Assembly (NCBI GenBank): GCA_000004985.1
Contig: GG738903.1
Reading direction: 5' to 3' (one strand)
DNA: 64,000 bases
From: Naegleria gruberi
Taxonomy: Eukaryota
A program made the translations under genes and the position numbers. Shown here one piece after another: positions 45,201 through 54,244 of the stretch (its first letter is position 1; every line of letters begins with the position of its first letter). The notes below the pieces were generated by a model, which ran no database searches, was not told the DNA's origin, and saw only the letters and a list, made by a program, of their open reading frames with translations.

Positions 45201-46151
45201 TTACAACAAGCTCAAAGTGCTGCTGTTACATCACTTTCTTCATCAGCAGCTGAAAGTAGTATCTCCTTCTCAAGCTCTGTTGCTGGTTCAGTTTCAAAGG
45301 GTCTCTTTGCTGATTCAACAACTTCTCAAGTTATTTCAAGCTTGTCAAATACTACATCTTCTGTAACATCAAGTTCTTCTGTTAGTCTTTCTGATGATGC
45401 TATTGCAAGTACTTTGGCAACTGCTAATAATTTCCTTGCCTACATCAAGTCCAAATTATCAAAGAGATCTTTCAGTTCTGCTGATCTTACTAATTTGAAT
45501 GCTGTCTTTGCAAGTGTTGCTTCTATCAAGACTAAGAATGTTGTTCCTGATGCACCAGCTGCTACTGTAACTGCCAATGGTGTCACAACTTCTTCTCGTA
45601 AGGTCAATCTTGCTTCTTTGAATTCTATGGCTCAAAATACTACAGGAAAGGATCAAATCAAGTTCAAGAATAATATTGCCGCATTGACTGCCTTTGCTAA
45701 TGCCAAATCTGTTAGTGTTACAGTCAAGACAACTAGTACATCTGTTACTAATGCTGTCACCAATGCCATGACATTCTCATTTGCTGATGGAACTAGTTCT
45801 GCAACTATTTCAGTTTCTAGCTCTTCTCCAATTGCTGATTTGGTATTTGGTACAACCAAGAGTTTGACAAGATCAATCACTGCAACCCAAGTCATCTGTA
45901 AATCTGTCGATTCAAGTGGTGCTGCTTCAGATGCTTCAGGATGTACTGTTGTAATTGGAAGTGATGGTACTGCCACAGCAACTGTTTCAAGTACTGGTAC
46001 TTATTTGTTGACTCAACAAACAATTACTGCTACATCGAGTGGTAAAACTGTTACTCCTAAACCTTCAAAGCTCAGTAGTGCTCCAGCAAGTACTTTCTCA
46101 ATGATGTTGACTCTTTTCATTGCTGCTATTACATTGATTATTTTACAATAG
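39211..46151 (+). CDS. Giant cell-surface protein, over 2300 aa. It has a signal peptide, EGF-like cysteine repeats, two Frizzled-type CRD-like modules, a tandem NGT sequon array, an S/T-rich stalk and a GPI-anchor-like C-terminus. It spans a 50-N gap.
   Basis: ATG at 39211. Signal/anchor 'VTVCMLVTLVILSILASNTNA'. Repeats of the form CxCxxG(Y/F)xGxxC. Two CRD-like modules with '...CRLAYKRYACYSQFPICSANTYMPVCNGAC' and '...CLIHIKRYACYTTFKSCIN...PWCKSAC'. 'NGTNNGTINNNGTINNNGT...' lies at about 41098..41295. The frame that is open from the gap edge (43863) runs to 46151 and ends 'STFSMMLTLFIAAITLIILQ'. Continuity across the gap is assumed. Confidence 0.65.
43813..43862. other. Assembly gap (50 N) inside the giant surface-protein gene
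   Basis: A run of N characters. Confidence 1.
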
Positions 46152-46289
46152 ATAATAAACAATTTACAATTCTTCTAACTCATTACTATTACTCATCATA
46201 TTAAGTATTGGCTTTAATGACTCTAAATTTGTTAGAATTGGCATTATTAACACTTTACAAAATCAATCAATACGTCAAGTGTTAAAAAA

Positions 46290-48209
46290 ATGAAAACGCT
46301 TGTCAACAAGGTTCTCTCATCATCGATTATTACTGCTTCTCGAAGATCCTCATCATCATTATCATCTCTCAATAATGGTTCTATTCTTATTGGTGGATTG
46401 AATAATTCCGTACCACTGATCAATGTCTTTGGAAAACATCATCAATTAAACTTTTCAATAATGGAAAATGCAAATGGAAGAAATTATCATGCAACAAGTA
46501 AAATGTTGAAAAAGGCTAAACAACAAGCACCAGAGACAACAGTTTATTCCGAACAAGAACAGAATGAATTGATCAAAAATTATATAGAACTTGAGGACAA
46601 ATTTAAGAAATTAACTGAAAATATTATTGAATATCGTAGAAATCATCCTACTCCTGTTCAATTATTGGAAACTAATCACTTATTTGTTCAAGTTTGTGAT
46701 TTAGTTAATTTTTGTTACAAAACCTTTCCAAAAACTAATGATCCAGTTAATATGCAAGTTAGATACTTCAAATCAAATGTTGGTATGAAGTTATATGTCT
46801 TGATGAAGAAGGTTGAATTGTTAATGTTAAAGATTGTGAATCAGGAATGGTTCCCAGTTGAAACAATCAGAACTCAATTCAATGAGGAAAATATCATGCA
46901 ATCCCTTCCTACTGTTTATCATGTTGCTACACCTGTTGACGATACACTCTTCTTGTTTGCTGCTTATGAGGCAGCACTTTCTTATGCAGCTTTCATTCCA
47001 AACATGAGAGATATTGTGAGACCAACCACAAAAGAAAATCTAATTGCTGCAGCTTTATTCTTGTTTAATAGATTGAAGGATTTCCCAATTTTGAATGATG
47101 GTATTCGAAATTATGCAGATATGGTCTTTTCAGATTATGAAGCAGCCAAATTGGCCTACACTACTGCAAAGCCAATTGAAAATGAACCAGATTTCCATTA
47201 TAATGCTGATAAGAATGCTTATTCTTACTTGGGAAAGACATTTACAGAGCACGAGTTTGATTGGTTCGAAGATATTGAAACAAATATTCCAATTCATCTT
47301 GGAAACTTTATCAAAGCTTTGAAGGTTGCTGCTTATGATGGTGATAGAAAGCAAAGTATGGATGTTTTGGATGAATGTATCAAAACTGATCCAAATAATA
47401 TTTATATTCACTATTTGAAGGCATCTCGTTTGGACATTCTCACTGATTCAGAGCCAGACCTCAATATTGCTCACAATAATTACTCAAATGCCATTCATCA
47501 TTTGGAGATGGCATTGGCCTATCTTGCAAAAACTCCAAAGTTGCCACTCCCTACTCTTGCAAAGACCAATTTTTCACCTGACATTGAAGTACCAGAAAAA
47601 CAGGTTGAAAGAATTAACGATCTCAAATTCTCACCAATTAGTTTGATATTGGCCAGCATGTATGCAAGAGCTGCTGAATCTGGAGTTTCAATAGATTTGA
47701 GACACATTTATGGTGCAAAGGGGGTCGATTTTGTCAGACAAGCTGAATTATATTCGAGATCACCTAATGGACCATATTTTTATATGATTAAGGGAGCTTG
47801 CTATTATGATTGTGACATGTATGAATTGTCAATCAATGCCTATTCTTCTGTTGAAAGATTTGAAGCAGTTTTGGATCCAAGTTTTATTATTGACTCTCTT
47901 TGTTATGCTTCTCAGGGAATGATTGCTCTTGGATATGCTGATAAGTGTTTAGAAGTAATGGACTTTTATATTGAAAAATATAATGATGCAAGATTAGTTT
48001 GCCAAAAGATTCTCTGTAAAGATTACTTGTGTAGATCAAAGGATGAATTGAGACAGGTTTTGAAAGAATTCGAACAATTAAAGGAGAGCATTCAAGATTT
48101 GAAACTCACTGATCCATACGTTTTTTCAAAAGTTAACATGCATACCAATACAAGAATTAATGAAATTTTGATAGCTATCAACAATCCACAAGTTGCTGAA
48201 TGTTGGTAA
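46290..48209 (+). CDS. Hypothetical protein, 639 aa, with an S/R-rich N-terminus that may be an organellar presequence and helical-repeat character
   Basis: ATG at 46290 (aaaaaaATG). Uninterrupted ORF. N-terminal 'MKTLVNKVLSSSIITASRRSSSSLSSLNNGS'. No domain recognised by eye. Confidence 0.55.
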   Translation: MKTLVNKVLSSSIITASRRSSSSLSSLNNGSILIGGLNNSVPLINVFGKHHQLNFSIMENANGRNYHATSKMLKKAKQQAPETTVYSEQEQNELIKNYIELEDKFKKLTENIIEYRRNHPTPVQLLETNHLFVQVCDLVNFCYKTFPKTNDPVNMQVRYFKSNVGMKLYVLMKKVELLMLKIVNQEWFPVETIRTQFNEENIMQSLPTVYHVATPVDDTLFLFAAYEAALSYAAFIPNMRDIVRPTTKENLIAAALFLFNRLKDFPILNDGIRNYADMVFSDYEAAKLAYTTAKPIENEPDFHYNADKNAYSYLGKTFTEHEFDWFEDIETNIPIHLGNFIKALKVAAYDGDRKQSMDVLDECIKTDPNNIYIHYLKASRLDILTDSEPDLNIAHNNYSNAIHHLEMALAYLAKTPKLPLPTLAKTNFSPDIEVPEKQVERINDLKFSPISLILASMYARAAESGVSIDLRHIYGAKGVDFVRQAELYSRSPNGPYFYMIKGACYYDCDMYELSINAYSSVERFEAVLDPSFIIDSLCYASQGMIALGYADKCLEVMDFYIEKYNDARLVCQKILCKDYLCRSKDELRQVLKEFEQLKESIQDLKLTDPYVFSKVNMHTNTRINEILIAINNPQVAECW

Positions 48210-49986
48210 TTAAACTAAGAATCCATCTTCAGTGTTTGAGTGAACCTCGGATACCTCTTACTCCAATCTCTTATTGATTCAAGATTTTTCTTATTACACT
48301 TGATTGAAGTGGGAATTTCCAGACTTCTTTTTCAAGGTAGTTCAACTCCAGCTATTTTGATATGAGCTGATGAAATACCTTCTATCTCAATTAATTTGTC
48401 AGATATTGAAGTAATAAATTGTATAGAGAGAGAATATATCACTGGGAATCTATCTTTTTCTAATGAATGTTTCTCATCCCTTGTTCGTTGAATATAATAG
48501 TAAAGTATCACAAATATTAAAAGAAAAATATCCAATAGTGAAAATTACAGGAAAAGATAATTATCTGGTGGAGAATGGATGAATTACATACTATTCGTGA
48601 TGTTTCAGTGAGAAGTCAATATCTACTACCACATCATGAGAAAAACAATAAAAATACATTGTTAAAAACGAAATAAACCCGTTTTAAAAAATTATTCGGT
48701 AATATTCGGTAGCATTCTTCCATGCAAAAACAGAACTTGGAAAAATATTTCAAAAATATTGGAACAACATCAGGTACATCACGACTCTGTTGATTCTTGG
48801 AGTAATTTCACATCTATTAACTCCAAGAATTTCACCACATCATCTCATCATGATTTAAATAATAGTATTAATAGTAATTTTTGGAATTTAATTCTTCATC
48901 ATATGATTTGGAAATAATTTTATTATTTGGAAAAATTCAAGTTGGCACCAACCATCATCGGAACTACTACCAACCATCATCATTGTTATTTATCATCATT
49001 ATAATAGTAATATTTGCGGAAATAAATCTGATAATAGTAATATTTTAGTGAAATTTAATATTTTCACTAAAATCATCATCACTGCCCGATTTATATGATA
49101 ATTTGGAAAACTTTTAATCTAGTATTGTTCAGCATGGTCGATTCCATCAGGTAAAATCACTTCCGAACATTTCCCTATTGTTTATCATGATGATAGGTAC
49201 ATGTATATTTTCAACATGTACATGCCATATCTCAACATGTACTTCACCAACTTGGAAAATGTCTTTCATCACTACTATTCAAATACATAATAAACAATAT
49301 ATTTATTATCAGATTTTCATCATTTTGTGTTTTTGGCAACTTCGGGCTATTCATGGTCCCAATCATGATTCATGCCAAAAGTACAGTCAATCTTCTTGAA
49401 ACATTAATAAACTTTTATTAGTACTATTGTAGATGTACCATATCAATTATTTCGTCTTGTTTCGTTGAAATCATGAAGATTTTGATTTTTCTGTTTTTAA
49501 TTAAATTTCACAACACATACACCATATTTGTTGATGTAAACTAGACAAGTTACATGTAAATAATCCATTGTTGATTCTCTAATCATATTTTATTGTGTTT
49601 TTGTGTATCTAGGTTTTTGAAATCTTGCAAATTATTCTGCGGTTATTCTTCATATAAATATGATTCCTCACTTCATGATATGAGGAGGGATTGATATCAT
49701 GATTGTTTGAAAGTGTTGTACAAATTTTGGACACTCCCTGAATTGAAATCAGGAAGAAAGAGTCAAATCTTTAACACCATATAAAATATGACTTTTGACG
49801 ATGGTTTTGGTCTGCCTGGAACAAACACGAAAATATCAGATATCCATGATGCTTGACAAGACTCGAAATTATACATTCAATAACATAATAAACATATGAA
49901 TAGTTTTATTATTATTGTTTGATTTGTAATTGGGCTACTCTGGTAGCATGAAATATCGGAACTTGGTAAATTGACAACACGACGAA

Positions 49987-50375
49987 AATCTGATAAATAT
50001 GATGTTTATTATCTATTTAAATAGTAGTACTTAAAGACACGATTCAAGTTGGTGAAGTAACTTGACCAAAATTGATAAGAGAAAGTTCTCTTACCTACTA
50101 TTGACCATTCCGAACAATACTACATTGACAGTTTTCCAACTTGTTCAGTAGATCCAGCAGTGATGATGAATTTAGTGAAAATTTTGACATTTCACCAAAA
50201 TTACATTACTAAAAATTAATTTCCACAAATACTATTATTATTGATGGAAAACAATGATGATGGTGGTGAATGATCCGATGATGAAACACCAAATTGTGAT
50301 TTTCCATCATGAAAAATAAATTTCAAGACGATAATCCATGATGATGTGTAAAACCACTCAGAAAATCATCTCAAT
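49987..50375. repeat. Dispersed non-coding repeat, copy 2 (about 0.39 kb). It is the same family as 37876..38400.
   Basis: See copy 1. Identity is roughly 85-90% over the aligned blocks. It lacks the two insertions present in copy 1. Confidence 0.65.
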
Positions 50376-50863
50376 ATTCCTTTGATAATTTTTCAATCAC
50401 TCTTGAGGAGTGAATCAAAAAGGTTTGGTTTGGAAAATTACCTATCCCTATCAAGTTTAAAACCAACTTGAAAAATTATACTCCAAACATTAATTTCTAT
50501 TTCAGAGCCATTTTCTGCCAATACTTTGCATATCATCTCCACATCCTTCTCATAATCTTTTCAAAGTAGCATTTTAGAGTTTGGAATTGATTACATTGAA
50601 ATGCAGCATTGAGTATTTCCTCATCTAGTTTCATTTCATTTGATAGACACGTGAGAATTTATCCTGTTCGAAACTTAACAAACCTTGCATTCAAAAATCA
50701 ACCTCTGAAAATTGTTTTTTGGAATTGACATTCCAAATAGATCTATAACTTGAAGTTTGGCGTGTAATTGACCGCTACTTTATGTGAGATTCCTCTACGC
50801 GAACTATCGTCGATGATTCTAGCTCATTACCTTTCAATATGTCATTCGGTTAAATGAATAATA

Positions 50864-52022
50864 CGAGAAACCATGACATAAATTTTTCGATGGATTTTTT
50901 TTACCCATCGATGATTGATCGAGATGGAAAATGATCGATTGAATGGATGAAACATAGAATTTTATCAATTAATTGATCGATCAATCGATCGATCGATCAA
51001 TGTTTTCATCAGATATCTCGAAATCCTCATTGAACTGAGCTTGAGACTTTGATTTTGATGATTTCTTTTGTTCTTCCAGTTCAGGTTTGATTTTTTTCTT
51101 GCCTTTTTGACTTTTTGAGAGTTGTTTTTTGGTTTTTCAATTATTTTTTTAGAGTCACAGATTTCATTCTCCCTTACTTATTTCACTAAGCTTCGAAATG
51201 GCTTCTCCAAATTGCTCCTTTTTTCATTTTAAATCAACCCTTGGTTAGATGTCAGTACAGAGTGCCTTGAAAATCACCTTATTGGTATTACTGAATTCCA
51301 TATCAAGCTGGGATGGCATCGGAACGATTCATTAAGTTTGAATGTTTTAATTTCTTTACAATGTGGATCTTCTACTACATCAAATGAGTTTCTCAAGTAC
51401 TTGACATGATAAAATACAACACTTGAAAAAAGGTTTCCAGTATTGAGTGCCTTAATTAATGACAAAGGGTGAGAATGAAAGCAAACTTGATAAAATGGTC
51501 TTTGAACAAAACCACATGTTCAGGAGCAACAACGTCCAAACTTGTGTAAGCAATCATTTAATCAAGAACCAACACTCTTATGTAATATTGCAATATCCAC
51601 ATCCCAAATTAAAATCAAGAGTGAGCACTTGACATATTCGTGGAAAAAGGTTGGGAGCAACCTTCTGTCACTGAGCTCAGAAAGGATTATAAGAAATTTA
51701 TATTCAAATGCCACATCGGAGGAGATTGGCTTCTAACATGATTTTAAGCACTTAGAAAACCAACTTTTTGTGTTTTAAGTTCTTTATTTTGAAACATCAT
51801 AAGAAATCAAACAACATCTTTTGATAATTAGCTGAAGGTTGAGCCTTTTCAAATAACATCAAGTCTTTATTCAATATGATTGAAATTGTTGATAAATCAT
51901 GATCGATTGTTTGATAGATTGATCAAAAAACAGATTGAATAGATGGATTTTAATCGATCAACATGGATGAGATGGAAAAAAGATTGGTGTTGAGGTGAAA
52001 AAATTTATGTCATGGTTTCTGG
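50864..52022. mobile_element. Candidate non-autonomous DNA transposon / MITE-like element of about 1.16 kb with roughly 23-bp terminal inverted repeats and subterminal GATC/ATCGAT-rich repeats
   Basis: Left end 50866..50887 'agaaaccatgacataaattttt' is the exact reverse complement of 51999..52020 'aaaaatttatgtcatggtttct'. The next flanking base also matches. Both subterminal regions carry 'gatcgatt', 'gattgaat(g/a)gatgg' and 'atcgat' motifs. An (ATCG)n tract lies at 50980..51000. It contains only small ORFs (63-64 aa). Its right end is 26 bp upstream of the ATG at 52048. Confidence 0.4.
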
Positions 52023-52047
52023 AAAACTACAATAGTCAGACAAAAAA

Positions 52048-54099
52048 ATGGCTAAATTTCACATTTGTTTGTTCACACTAATGTTGCTGTTACTAATTTC
52101 TTGTTCAACAGTGGCTGGAATTTCGTCTGGGCTTTTGTCAAAGGTGAAGGATGGTGATTGTGTGGTTGGGGTGAGAACGTTTCTGATAATGTTTGTGTGG
52201 AAACATAAATTTTCAAACGAAACTTTGACGAAACTGATTACTGCTAAAGATAATGATTCCAGAAGAAAGTATTTGGTCGAAAATTTGCAGGAGAGAGGTT
52301 TAACTATCGGTACCATACGCGACTATACTCCTTTTCTTTCAAATTATTTCAAATATTCTAATCTTTCGCTTTCTCATGGCCTTTCGAATAGCATACTATC
52401 ATCTAGCTATTTTTCCATTTACCCACAAGTTGACATGTGTCAAAGAAGAGATTATTTTACGAGATATGATGCCTTTTTGTTAGATCCCTATGACTTTGCT
52501 TATTACGTCAGGTTTTACAGAGATCTTGGGATGACATCTGGCATGTTCATGAATAGTGATGACTTTGTAGCTGTACCACTCATTCCCTTCGAAGTCTACA
52601 CTCAAACTACAAGAAATCAAGTTTCCTCCTTATTTGATTTGAATGTTGCAAGCTGTGATGCAAAACCTGATATTTCTGATGCGCAGTTTTTGAGAAGGTT
52701 GACAGGTTATGCTAATTTTTCACAGCAAGATGTTGAAATAATTGGTAATGTTACTGGTAAATCACAAATTTATGGAAATTGGACACTTGTGAATAACTTT
52801 CTAAATATGGAGATGACAGAACTTACCATAAATGAAACATGGCAAGAATTACTACCTTCCACATGCTACATGTGTTCAACAGATGGTTGTTATGGTGAAA
52901 ATTTCAGGCCTGATCTTGATCTTTTCTTCATTCCACAGTTAGTAATTATAGTAATTTACTTTTTATTACTTTTTGGGTTGAAAATTTACAAAAAACCTTC
53001 AATGAAACGAAGAATTGGAATTCCCTATACTCCGATTCTTATCTTGGTTGTCATGATTACCTTTGCCGGAGTTTCTAGAACTTGTGTTGGCGTTTGGTAT
53101 AGTGCATGTTTGTTTTGTTTGTTTTGGTGGATATTGATCTATATCAGTACAATTATTCGATTCTACTATTTGCGTAATTTGTATGCTCTCATAGTGATGT
53201 TTCCAAATAGAGAAAAGATGTTGAAAATGTTAGCTTCTCAGAAAGTTGGAATACTCATGACAGTTATGTTGACTTTTGTCATTTCACAAATATTGAATCT
53301 AGTGAGTGTTTACTTTTTTGTAAATGAAGATAAGGCTGCCACTGATTTTTATAGACCCATTATTGGTATCATTATTTTATTATCGTTGTGGGTCTTTGGT
53401 GGTTGTTGCTTTTTATTAGATTTGTTTCTTCAGAGAAAAACTATTCGACAGGGTGGTATTCGAAAGTTTTTCTTCTTTGATGATCCATTCTACTTGAGAA
53501 TAGACTTGATTTCTACCATATTACCTGTCATTATTGCGATACTTACAGGAATTGAGGCAACCTCAAATGAAGTTGTTGATGGTCTTGCAGGAGTTTCCAA
53601 TACTTTACTTTGTTTTAGTTTCGTTCAGATTAGTGGGGGAAATGTGCTAATGATTGAGATTTTCAAAAGGGTAAAAAGAAGAAAGGAATCTTCGCAATTG
53701 ACATGGGATCAAGAATTAACAAATACAGATTTACTCCAAATTTTAAAGGAGTATTGCGAAAAGGAGTTTAGTTCAGAGAATTACGAATTTTATATTAAGT
53801 TGAAATCACTCCAGAATAGAAAGTTTATCAAGTTGAAGGAACTGCAAAAAATTGAAGCTGAATTTATTCGAAACTATTCAAAATACGAAGTGAATATTCC
53901 ATCTTCATGCAAAAAGACTTTTTATGAACTTTTAAACAAATGCCAAGAAGAAACTCAATTAGAATTTCAATTAATTTGGGATTGTGTTGCTCCAGAATTA
54001 TTACTCAACCTTCAAGATACCTTCAGTCGATTACAAGATACCTCAATATATGCCAAATGGCTTTCAGTCCAATCTTTGAAAGAAAATAATAATGTTTAG
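52048..54099 (+). CDS. 7TM receptor with a C-terminal RGS domain, 683 aa. It has a signal peptide and an ectodomain of about 270 aa.
   Basis: ATG at 52048 (aaaaaaATG). Signal 'MAKFHICLFTLMLLLLISCSTVAG'. Seven hydrophobic helices between about aa 290 and 520. C-terminal RGS 'LLQILKEYCEKEFSSENYEFYIKLKSLQN...YSKYEVNIPSSCKKTFYELL'. Confidence 0.75.
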   Translation: MAKFHICLFTLMLLLLISCSTVAGISSGLLSKVKDGDCVVGVRTFLIMFVWKHKFSNETLTKLITAKDNDSRRKYLVENLQERGLTIGTIRDYTPFLSNYFKYSNLSLSHGLSNSILSSSYFSIYPQVDMCQRRDYFTRYDAFLLDPYDFAYYVRFYRDLGMTSGMFMNSDDFVAVPLIPFEVYTQTTRNQVSSLFDLNVASCDAKPDISDAQFLRRLTGYANFSQQDVEIIGNVTGKSQIYGNWTLVNNFLNMEMTELTINETWQELLPSTCYMCSTDGCYGENFRPDLDLFFIPQLVIIVIYFLLLFGLKIYKKPSMKRRIGIPYTPILILVVMITFAGVSRTCVGVWYSACLFCLFWWILIYISTIIRFYYLRNLYALIVMFPNREKMLKMLASQKVGILMTVMLTFVISQILNLVSVYFFVNEDKAATDFYRPIIGIIILLSLWVFGGCCFLLDLFLQRKTIRQGGIRKFFFFDDPFYLRIDLISTILPVIIAILTGIEATSNEVVDGLAGVSNTLLCFSFVQISGGNVLMIEIFKRVKRRKESSQLTWDQELTNTDLLQILKEYCEKEFSSENYEFYIKLKSLQNRKFIKLKELQKIEAEFIRNYSKYEVNIPSSCKKTFYELLNKCQEETQLEFQLIWDCVAPELLLNLQDTFSRLQDTSIYAKWLSVQSLKENNNV

Positions 54100-54244
54100 A
54101 ACCTTACAACTCTATTGTCATAATAAATATGATAATATTTCAATGTAGGTTCTTGGGTTTTCGGACAAATCGATTCAACACTACAAAGAAAGACCAGTAA
54201 GAAAGCTGCTCTATTTTGGCGTATAATTTTTAAAATTACTTTTC

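Noticed and set aside
48332-49399. Small ORFs (67-73 aa) in the 3.8 kb intergenic island
   Set aside because: There is no start context, conservation or domain. The region is AT-rich repeat-bearing spacer.
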